Assembly (NCBI GenBank): GCA_030704615.1
Contig: CM060732.1
Coordinates: forward strand, 50,592,001 to 50,656,000
Length of the DNA stretch: 64,000 nucleotides
Direction of reading: 5' to 3'
Source of the DNA: Takakia lepidozioides
Lineage: Eukaryota > Plantae > Bryophyta
In this document: positions 12,375-23,355 of the stretch, piece after piece
How the letters are laid out: the number at the start of each line of letters is the position of its first letter
Numbering within the stretch: position 1 is the stretch's first letter
Translations under genes and position numbers: made by a program
Notes under the pieces: generated by a model
Database searches by the model: none
Told to the model about the DNA's origin: nothing
What the model saw: the letters and a program-made list of their open reading frames with translations, nothing else

Positions 12375-13090
12375 GCTCTGTGAAGCCTGCGCTTGCAAGA
12401 TATGAGCACTCCATGTTTGAATGAAATGGAATGGTACGCGGAAAGCTCATAGAGCTTATGGGACAAAATGGAGGAAAACATGAGAGAGGAAACAAAGTCA
12501 GAGACAAAAAATAAAACTATTGTTCGAGTGATTGTCTAAGAATGAAGGCCTCGTGCAGGTAAGCTGCCAAGTAGTTCTGATCCTCATAGTGGAAGACTTC
12601 AGTGAGAGATTGGGTTCGCGGAATAGGCAGTAGAATCTCCCACGGATCTCGTAGTATAGAGGGCAATAGAAGAAGAAGTGTTCTTCAGTTTCAATTTCCC
12701 AGTGGCGCCCTGTGCAAGCTGGACATAGGCGGCCAAACTCATCTTTGTTACTAATAAGAAAAAACTGTGTAAGTCTGTTCTAGTCGGACAGCACAAGGAG
12801 GTGACTTGGTATACCAAAAGACGGATAAGAGTTCAAATCAGGTGGGGACAACTCAATGGCCAAAACCCACAACCTTGTCAGCTCAAGTGTTCCAGTGCCA
12901 TTTTCTGATGAGAAGTCACCCCAGTGGAGCCTCTCAGATTGAAGTAGAGCTACCATGTGTAGTCAAAAGGGATGGGCCTGAATGAACACACACCATCTGC
13001 ATTACACTTCAACCTCATGACTACAATGACAAACTTGGCCACCTGCAGACAAAGAAGTGATGTGGAACTGACCAGTTATCCACTCCACAC

Positions 13091-13633
<543 letters not shown>

Positions 13634-13743
13634 AGCAGTAAGGTGGACGACCTCTGAAGAAATACTGTGTTATAATGTGCCGACTCTGCAACCGACCGAC
13701 TTCTGGGGAATTTGAGTGACTGGAGCATCCAAGGTAGAGAGAA

Positions 13744-15971
13744 ATGGTGTACCCATCACCAGACTGTAGGTGGGTGTGGCCTCTCCAGTATTGTGACCTT
13801 TCAAAGGCTGCTTTACTCGGAGGAGCTGAGGCTTACTGCTTGCCCCGGTTATGGTCTGTACCTTCTCAAACAACACCTTACGCACTCTGTCCATCGTCTT
13901 GGAAAGTGAATTTCGGTTCTTCTTCACATCTTTCATTGATCCCTAGAGCTCGCCTCTCTGTGAGACTTTGTCATGGGGAATTTGCGGCGTGGAGAGACGG
14001 AGAGGGGGGAGTGATGTGGGAGGCAGATGCCATCGCCAAAGCTGTGGGTGGCCAGGTGCGGAAAGGAGGAGCAGCGGGCAGCATAAGCACTGACACGCGC
14101 ACCCTCGCTCGTGGGCAATGGTTTCTGGCGCTGGTTGGTCCTAATTTTGATGGCCACAATTTTCTGCAAGAAGCTCTCAATCGAGGATGCGCAGGTGTGA
14201 TCGGGGTTTGGGTGCCTGATGGCTGGCCTCGAGGCTTTGTGCAGGTGGAGATGAACACTCTCAAGGCATTGCAGGACTTGGCGGTCTCTGTGAGGGCAAG
14301 GTACCCAGGTCCTGTAGTGGGAATCACAGGAAGCTCGGGGAAAACAACTACTCGAACTATGATTGCTCTTGCATTGCAAGGTTTAGGGGGACATGTTCAC
14401 GAGACGCAGGGGAACTTGAACAACCTCATCGGTGTCCCGCTGACGCTGCTCAGGATGCCATCTTTTTCATCAGCTTGTGTCTTGGAGATGGGCATGAGTC
14501 TGAAAGGTGAGCTGATAGAGCTGGCAGAGATAGCAAAACCTCAGGTGCGTGTGGTTCTGAATGTGGGGCCTGCACACATGGAGTACTTTCCTGGAGGATT
14601 GATGGAGGTGGCTGCGGCTAAAGGGGAAATCTTCCAGGGTGCACGACCCGGCGACGTCTGTGTTGTGAATGCAGATGATTTGCTTGTCATGAGTTTGCCT
14701 ATTCCACCTGGTGTTCAGCTGGTGGGTTTTCAAGTTTATTGCAACAAACGTCTTCTCCTCCCTCCTGTCTCCGAAATGGGCAATGCTGGACATGCTTGTG
14801 TATTTAGACCTCATAAAACACTGCACACCACCCTCAGTTCAGTGCATCTGGAACACCACAAATTGTCTATGAAAAAAGTTAAGTATCAATTCAGGAGCAA
14901 TCATAAGCTGTATTTGCAGTCTCCTCTCTAACTATCCTTCCTCTGTTCTCTCTTCACCGGAGGTTTGAGGTGTATAGGTGAGGGTAGTTTGTAAGGATAA
15001 TAGACTACCGCCGTTCCACAGTTGCTGTGAAGTTACTTTGTTTGCCCCTCTCCTATATTTTTCCAGTGGTTGTAAGGCCCAGGTGATAGACAATAAGTAT
15101 TCTGTCTCTGTTTGGTTTTATTTGGTGGCTAAACTGGCTGGCTGGCTGGGTGCAGGTATATTTTGGGGCAAAAGAAGGATGTCATATGAGGTTGGTTGAT
15201 GCCCAAGTCACAAAAGGGGGACTTGCGGTGCGTGTCACTCTGGAACATAGCGTGTATGAGCCAGAGTTTATTCTTTCCGGTTCAAAGTTGTCATCAGTAG
15301 GCAATGGCTCTTTGAGCCAAGGTACAAACTCTGAATACCATTTGCAGTGTCCGGAAGACTTATTTCAGGAGCATCATACTAGCAGATCAAGGGTGGAGTT
15401 CGAGATCCTAAGTCCTGGTCTCCACTTAGCCAGCAATGCATGTGCAGCAGCTGCTGTGGCTATCACCCTTGGGGTTCCCTTGGCCTCCATAGGTCATTCG
15501 TTGTCCCAATATAAACCTGTTGGCATGAGGTGCCGGGTTGAGGAAATTGGGCCATATATGTCAGTACAAACGCGCGTGATCAATGATTGTTATAATGCCA
15601 ATCCTGCAAGTGTTGCAGCAGGGCTTCAGATTTTGCATGCAATGCAGTCTCAACGACATGTAGCTGTATTAGGGGACATGCTCGAGCTTGGTACTATCTC
15701 CCAGACTGCTCACGAGGAGGTGCTGCATCTTTGTCAAGAGCTTGCACTGGACTTGGTTTTGGTTGCAGGTCCCTGTTTCTCAGAGGCAGCAAAGAGCATT
15801 ATGGGTGCAGTAGATATTATTGCCTGTCATGACGCAGCATTGCTGGCTGAGAATATTATACAACACTTAAGCCCAGGGGATGCGGTGCTAGTAAAGGGCA
15901 GCCGTGGAATGAAAATGGAGGTCATTGTGGATGCCATCAAGGCTCAAGCCAAGGCTTGGTCCCCTGCATGA
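13744..15971 (+). CDS. murF: UDP-N-acetylmuramoyl-tripeptide--D-Ala-D-Ala ligase, plastid-targeted type. Exons 13744-14721 and 15156-15971, 597 aa
   Basis: Motifs ISTDTRTL, GPNFDGHNF, P-loop GITGSSGKTTT, GNLNNLIGVPLTL, VLEMGMS, GPAHME, INDCYNANPAS, LGDMLELG and VLVKGSRGM. A phase-0 intron joins QL|VYFG. There is an N-terminal extension of about 90 aa. Confidence 0.95.
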
Positions 15972-16959
15972 CCTGCTCTTTTACTGCAGATTCAGCCCTA
16001 TTGAGTGGGTAGAGATTCTTTTCACCCTAAAGCAGCAAGATGGCAAGGCTCCCGAGTCTTGATAATGCCAACCTCGGCCATACGATAGAAAGGAAAAGTT
16101 TGCAGGCCATTACTTTATCAAAATCTCGACAGTTTGCCAGTGAAAGGAGCTTGTCAGTGGCCCACAGCTTAGATGGCATCAACTGCTCTTTTGTTTGGGA
16201 GGGGATGTCAGTATTTTTGCAAGCAGGCGGTACTCCGGCAACATTTGTCAAGGTCCCATTCCAGACAACCAGAGCTGCTCTTTCCGCATGTGCTCAGGGG
16301 TTGTTGGTTTGCTATTTGATGAAAACCCTGGTAAGGATCCCATTCCGAACTCATCACAGGTCAGGTTTAAGGCTTTTGGGTGTTGAGATATCTCATGTGT
16401 GCTTTCTCAAAACTTGCATGCTGCTCTGACTTTTTGCACATGTGGAATTGGGAGATAGGGCATTTGTGCTGGACTACTTGTTGACAACTTTGTTCATTTG
16501 GCAGGGAGATGGAAGAGCAAACAAATATTATCATGGCATGTTTGAGCCTGCATGCTGGACTACCTGCTGGCATGCAGTGTTAGGGTTTCCCCGACGCATC
16601 ATCTATGACCTTGGAACTGTTTACAACTAAACCATCGCCACAGCAACTTACTTTCACAACTGAATTCAACATTGGTTGACAATTCCTTACATTGTCATCT
16701 CCCTGCTGGTGTGAGCCCACTTTTACAGTAATGGGTCAGTCAGCACATGGACTAGGCCCAACATTATTTGTGTCTTCAGGAAAGAAAGTAGGGAGTAGAT
16801 GACTTGGTCTCTTGAGGGTGCTGGCTTGCTTTTCAAACAGGTTAGAAGTAGATACCCTTTCTAGGGTCCCAAATTTTGACAGGCGCTATTCCTGAAGGTC
16901 GGAAAAATGGGGAGGGAGGGCACCTATGTTGTTGGAATGGGTGAAATGTGAGCATAGAT

Positions 16960-17270
16960 GTAGAGCTAGAGCTTTCCATAAGCAGGATTCGAGGCTAACA
17001 TAGATGTAGGAGGGTGGGGCCTCCTCCTAGTTCTAGAGCTTTCCATAAGCAAGATTCGAGGCTAACGTAGAAGTAGGAGGGTGGAGGAGGCTAACATAGG
17101 TGGGCCCTCCTTCTAGTTCGAGAGGCTTCCATAAGCAGGATGCGAGGCTAGCATAGAAGTAGGTGGGTGGGCCCTCCTTCTAGTTCTAGAGCTTTCCATT
17201 AGCAGGTTTGAGACTAGCATAGAAGTAGGAGGGTGAGGCCTCCTCCTAGTTTTAGAGCTTTCCATAAGCC
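16960..17270. repeat. Minisatellite with a unit of about 66 bp, roughly 4.5 copies
   Basis: Unit approximates CTAGAGCTTTCCATAAGCAGGATTCGAGGCTAACATAGAAGTAGGAGGGTGGGGCCTCCTCCTAGTT, with variants. Confidence 0.9.
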
Positions 17271-18439
17271 GTGGGGTTGAGGGGGTGGGCCCCTTCTACC
17301 ACCGCCTTGAGAGAGTATATTAAGAGTATATTAAGAGGTTAAGGGCCCTATTTTACAGGGTTTCTTGTGCGTCACCCTCAGTTTGGTTGCTCTGCAAGCA
17401 GGCCCCCTTAAAAAAGTGAAGTTGGAAGTTAAACCATCTTCAAATGAATAGAAATGACAAATTCAGCTTATTATAGTTTAGCCCTCCCCATCAAATGTTT
17501 GATGTGAAATGAATTTTGAACCGTGCTACTTAACAGCAGTTAGCATTTGTAGAATTTGCCATTGAAAGAAAAATCCATGTTCAGCAAGCTGTTTTCCTTT
17601 CACAGGTTGCATGAAGTGAGGGGTTGGAAGTGAGGGGTTGGATTCTTCAGTAATGTGGTTATGATGAACTCATCCCCAAACCTCCAAAAAGCAAGTGGTC
17701 ATGAGAGCAAGGACGTTGCAGCCATCAATGATAAGAGAGTTGTCTGCTGTTGCTGTTGCACTTGTGTTCGCGTGTACACCATATACTTACCAAATGAGCT
17801 GTAACTCTTGGAATGCCGCAAATCAAGCTTCTGGATGACAAGTGCATTTTGAAAGGTCAGAAATAGAAACCTGAGCCTATCTAAATAGGGCTGTTACCTT
17901 TCACAACCTACCTGAACATTTCTGGAATCAAGGGTAGGGTTAAAAAAAAGATACCTCCATCGATATCGAATAGATCAGGTTTAATCCGGTTTAATGTGAA
18001 TAAGCAAAGTCAAGTTCTTGTAACGTCCAGTGAATTTACAGAGCCTACTGCTCAACACACAGCCCATCGAGGGGCCAATGGTCGGTTGAAGGATTAAACC
18101 CAGGATCACCCAGATTATGCACAGGCAACACACAAATACCCAACCACTGGGCTAACCTGCTGAGGTGCTAATAGCAAGGTCCTTGGCTAGTCAATCTGTT
18201 GCTCAATAGCCTGCCAGCATGGTGTGGCTACTTTGGGGTGCAATCCTGGTTGTAGGGCCTCATGGCTTCAGCAAGGTCATTTTTCCTTGCTTCTTCTCCT
18301 CAATGGAATCTCTGGGCCCCAAAAAGAAAAGAAGAAAAAAGGAACCGAATGATGTCTTAAGACCATGCCAACCACTTTCTGTACGACATTAGCTAAACGA
18401 AAAGTTAGTAGAGAGTCAACAATTAAGGAAACCGGTTGT

Positions 18440-18660
18440 GATCCTGGGACTCAACGTGTGGTCTACATCGCGCTACTCATAAGGGCCTTAATTCTGCAAG
18501 CACGACCAAGTTCCAAGAGAGCTTCAAAGATGATTGACATACCTCTATCCCCTATGATAGAGGCTGGTAGGTTCGATCATAGACTCCAGACGAAATTAAG
18601 AGTGTGAGAATGACAGATGGACCCTGGACAATTAGCTGTGGCTAGACATTTGTTCTTGCC
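18440..18660 (-). mobile_element. Possible highly degenerate Ty3/gypsy integrase remnant
   Basis: The minus strand gives NLPASIIGDRG followed by MSSA. This resembles the integrase core GxPxxIxSDR...SSAYHP but is heavily disrupted. Confidence 0.4.
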
Positions 18661-18995
18661 ACTGCGGGGCAGCTCCTAGAAAATCAATTGGTTAACATTT
18701 CACAATTTCCTAAACTATCCCGAAGGACAGCGAAATGCGGAGTCTCCAAAAGATGACCGGGGAGACAATGCCTGTCAACTCTCGACCTTGCACGACTGTG
18801 CCGTTTCGTGAACTAACGAGTGATAAGCATAGAATTGGACGAAAGATGAGCGAACGATCTGATGCACTCAAATCCATTCAACTCCAATCAAATCTGACAA
18901 CATCCACATCTCTCACTTCCATTCCAACAACACAGACACATATAAGCAAATACCGTATCCCGAGTAATTCATCGACTGAAAGTAAATTAACATGC

Positions 18996-19217
18996 TTACC
19001 GGGATATGAAAGATGTAGAGCTTCGAGTCTCTCAGCAGCACACAGCAGTCTGGACATGGCTCAGGAGTGATTAAGTCTCTTGGATTAAAAGCAAATGTCA
19101 TCCGCTCTATTCCTTACCGGGATATGAGAGATGTAGAGCCTCGAGTCTCTCAGCAGCACACACCAGTCTGGACATAGCTCGGGAGTGATTAAGGCTCTTC
19201 ATTAAAAGAAAACGTCA
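18996..19217. repeat. Direct repeat, 2 copies, period about 117 bp
   Basis: CTTACCGGGATATGA.AGATGTAGAGC.TCGAGTCTCTCAGCAGCACAC... occurs at 18996 and 19113. Confidence 0.9.
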
Positions 19218-19276
19218 ACCTCTCTTTTCCACAGGTCCCTGCGCAGAAAAAAAATCCTTTAGTACCAGAACTATGG

Positions 19277-19717
19277 ACGTGAAGATCCCTCCTGAATCAA
19301 CCACCAGATCGAAGATGCAGGGGAAGTTAGATCAAAACTAGTCTAAACTTAAGTCCTATCATTCACACCGCAAAATTGTGCCTCTGTGAAATCCCTCTCT
19401 CTCTCTCTCTTCTCTCCTGTGTCTTCGAACAGTGCGCCATTTGCAACAGCTCTAGGTATCCCCTTGCTACTGACAGTCTTCTAACAGGACTCACAACGTG
19501 AAGATCCCTCCTGAATCAACCACCAGATCGAAGATGCAAGGGAAGTTAGATCCACACTAGTCTAAACTTAGGTCCTATCATTCACACCGCAAAATTGTGC
19601 TTCTGTGAAATCTCTCTCTCTCTCTCCTCTCCTCTCCTGTGTCTTCGAACAGTGCGCCATTTGCAACAGCTCTACGTAACCCCTTGCTACGGACAGTACT
19701 CTAACAGGACTCACAAC
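19277..19717. repeat. Tandem direct repeat, 2 x about 219 bp (possibly tandem short LTRs)
   Basis: Near-identical units at 19280-19495 and 19499-19715. Each can be read as TG...CA and contains a (CT)n tract. Confidence 0.9.
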
Positions 19718-22364
19718 ACCCTGTCCCACATGCCCAGCGCCATCGTATCAGCATGAGCGCTTCCCAGATCCCATGGAATCATCTCCGATCGCAGATGCTC
19801 GCAGCACAGCCATCGCTCGTCATCTCCAACCACGACTTCCACGGCAGCATCACCTCCTCCCCCGCCCTCCTCCTCGCGCCATCTACGCAGAGATGCTCCC
19901 AGCGCCCGCGCCGCCGTTCCTGGGCCTGGCACGTGCCCTCCCCGCCCCATTCGCCCGGTGTGCCGTCGTGCCCACGACGGCACACCTACCCCATGTTCCA
20001 TGGATGGATCCGTCCAACGGACATCCAGAAACCGGAGCGTTCATCCCCTCTTCCCAGCCAGTGGATGCACGAACCGTCGCTGATACATCTACCTCTGGAT
20101 GGACGGATCATCCCAGGTTAGAGATATGTACGTGCGTTTAAGATAACGCGAGGATATATAACTTTTTCTATTCGACGGTCGAGATTCATTCACAATCCAC
20201 TGACATCACCAGCGACAATTCCATGCGGATTCCGCTCTGAACCGGCATGCCCCACAAGCACGTGCTGCGTGGAACCGGCCCGCAGGTGGCGAGGGTCAAA
20301 ATGATTCTGTTTCCAGACCGAGCACGCGAAATCCAGTGGATGGACAGGACAAGGATGGATGATCAACGGTGGGTTGCGTGTGCGGCCACGTGATCTCATC
20401 CCGGGGTGGCCACGTGATTTCATCCCGGTGTGGCCACACAAATATTCCGGCTGTCTGTGCGAGCAGCTCGCCGCCGACGGGCGGCCCCACCAGATTCCAA
20501 CCGTGCATGTGCTTGCTTGCCCCGTACGGCCCAGTCCAAGCTGCCCAAGCCACGAGATAACTGAGAGGCGACGTCATCCGTCACATGACTTTGTTCATCC
20601 ATCTAAGCGTAGGTGGGGCCGGCGTAATGATGATAACGACGATAGTTAACTGATGGGACCTACCGACTCTTCTCCGTTAGTAATGGCCGTGGCCCGACAT
20701 TGTATATTGAATACCAACAAAACCATGATATTTTCTTCTGGAAGATTATATTCCTTTGTCCAGCGTGTGGGACATGGATGAGGATCGCTGCGAATTAAAC
20801 CACCCAATTCCCGCTTACTACTAGATCCCTTCAGACAAGTTTAAAAAAAAGAATAATAATAATAATACAGAGGGACAGCGGCCTCAGAAGCTTTACAGAA
20901 AAAAAAGGGGGATGTCAATTATTCCAAGAGGCACAAAATTAGGAAGGTTGGCATTTCGCAACCGACTGCAGAACATCTAATCTGGATAACTTTAATAAAA
21001 ATAAAAATAAAACTCATGGATAACTTATTTTAGTTCCGAACTTACTTGATTTGTTCCTATTTTTCTTGGTATCTATTAGCTTATATATTTAATTTTAAAC
21101 AGACTGGTCTGGACGTCTTGACCTTTCGAAGGTGGCATCAAAATATCGCTATAAATAGACTTGCAGTGTAGTTTTCAAACATTAGAGCCCACCACCGACA
21201 GGGGCCCAGTAACGGAAGGTGAAATGGTTCTTTGCTACTGTTAGTGACATGTTAACTTAGTTACATCAGAAACAGCTTGGTGGCATCGAAATGGTACCCC
21301 CTTTAAATAATTGCCACAGTTAATGACTATTTGGCTACATTTGTGTGGTGAATGCATTTGTCATCCACTAGGCGTATCATAGACGCATCCATCCGGGACC
21401 GTTACCGCACGTGTGAGTGGCAGGTTGGACGAACGAACGTCCGCGTCAGAGTTGCACGTCCATATTTGCTGCAGGCCGCATCAGCCATGGTTTAGCCATG
21501 CAATTGCCATAAACCCTAGGCATAACAATTCAGCACACTGAGATGGAAAATAGCGGGTTCATTTTATTGGGTTTTGGCGAAAGTGCATCTTTATGGCACA
21601 TGGCAGAGTGGACGGACGGACGGGGCCGGAGCCCGCCCGGACGTGGCGGCGCGGGGCGCCGCCTGCGAGGCGGTCGGCTGTGTGGACGGACGGAAAGGGC
21701 CCCGGGGTGATGAATCTGGGTGTATTCATCCACATGCATGTACGAGCGAGCGGCGGTTTCGCAACGGAACGGGTTGGGGCCCTCTTTGTCTGCAAGGCGG
21801 TTGCGGTTGCGGTCGCGATCGGGAGGGCAAGGACAGGGCGGGCCTAAGTGGGGGACAGTTCCAGCCAATAATGTACTGGGCACCTATCAGAATCTGTTGC
21901 GCAGGCTCCACCGCTTTCTGCGTGTGGCCCATCGAAGCCGACCATCCGTAAGGTTCACTCTACCATTGACGTGACTGGATTTTTATGTGATTTAAAACAT
22001 TCGTATATCCAATCTAAATATTTGTAATTGGTTAACTGGTGTTCGGAGAGCTCGGGTTCAAATCCGCAGGACGGTAAGGGGCCACGGGATACAAGGGTAA
22101 AGAGTAAAGAGGGGTAAGAAAAGGAAGCACACATCTTGTCCGCGAGCGCAGCAGCGGAGAGGTTTCCAGGAGGAGGCAGGGTGGTGGGGCCGGGGAGGGA
22201 GGGAGGGAGGGAGGGAGGGAGGGAGAGGGGGGGTGAGAGCGGCCATAAAAGCAAGAGGCACGGCCTGCACTTCATCACTTCATCGTTTGTGTGTTTGATA
22301 GTCTGCTCGCCTTCGTCAGCTCAGCTCGCTTCCGCTTCAGTTTTCTTCGATCCTCTCAGGCATC

Positions 22365-23355
22365 ATGTCTTGCGGAAATGGATGTGGGTGTTGCGCCAAG
22401 TGCGGGTGCCGCGCCACCTGCACGTGAGTTGCAGAGCTCCTTTAGCAGGACTAGTATATCGGTGCAGGCTGGAAGGAATTGGTGTGAAGATGTTTTGTGT
22501 ATAGTGTGAGCGAGGAGGGAGGTGGAAATCAGGTGTCTTGTGCAGATCTAAGGTGGCAGATGTGGGAACGGAGCTGATATTCGTAGTGTGATCTGGTCTT
22601 CCTTTGTTTGTTGAAGCTGGGACAGCTAATTTACACGATGGCACTAACGGGGCTTGTGTTTGATTGTGCAGCTGCAATAAGTACTCCTCCTTCAACGAGA
22701 CCGCTGGAGCACCCAGGTACTGCTCTACTCTCCGCTCCTTGCCTTGAACAGCTGCTAATGGTGCTGAAATACTTCTGTAATCAATTTACAGGAACCTTTC
22801 GTATATTGCACCGTGGACAGTTTTTTGAAGTCACATCAACGGATCAGTAACCCTGGGGAGCATGAAACTTCAGTAGATACTTTGTAACAAAGAGTTTCAT
22901 CTGAAGATGAACTGAGATATATGTCGGTTCTGATTCTCGTGTTTGAAGACCACTGAAATTTGCTTTAGGGTGCCTACAGTGAGTTTTGGACATGGATCCG
23001 CACTCTTGAGGCGGTTGGAATGTGCACTTTACGTAGCTACCTTGGGAGAAATTGCTGAGCTGACGAATTGTGATATCTGAACTTGTGCTGCAGACCCTTC
23101 ACTTTGAAGACCGTCGCTGGAGATACAGGAAAGTGCGGTGCCAACTGCGCATGCCCCTCCGGAACCTGTGCCAAGGAGGGAGGCAACTCCTACATGTCTG
23201 CCATGGAGAATGGCAAGTGCGGTGCCAACTGCTCATGCCCCTCCGGGACCTGTGCCAAGGAAGGGGGCGACTCGAGCTCCTACATGTCTGCCATGGAGAC
23301 CGGCAAGTGCGGTGCCAACTGCTCTTGCGCGCCAGGCACTTGCTCCAAGGAGTAG
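22365..23355 (+). CDS. Metallothionein with a triplicated C-terminal Cys domain. Exons 22365-22423, 22672-22716 and 23094-23355, 121 aa
   Basis: Spliced product: MSCGNGCGCCAKCGCRATCTCNKYSSFNETAGAPRPFTLKTVAGDTGKCGANCACPSGTCAKEGGNSYMSAMENGKCGANCSCPSGTCAKEGGDSSSYMSAMETGKCGANCSCAPGTCSKE. Both introns are phase 2 and GT-AG. A TATA-like CATAAAA lies at about 22244. Confidence 0.88.

Noticed and set aside
13744-15971. Bacterial contamination or recent HGT of murF
   Set aside because: The gene has a spliceosomal intron and an N-terminal extension and is embedded among plant genes. Mur genes are known in non-flowering plants.
16960-17270. CRISPR-like array
   Set aside because: The linkers between palindromes are near-identical rather than unique spacers, the context is eukaryotic and there are no cas genes.
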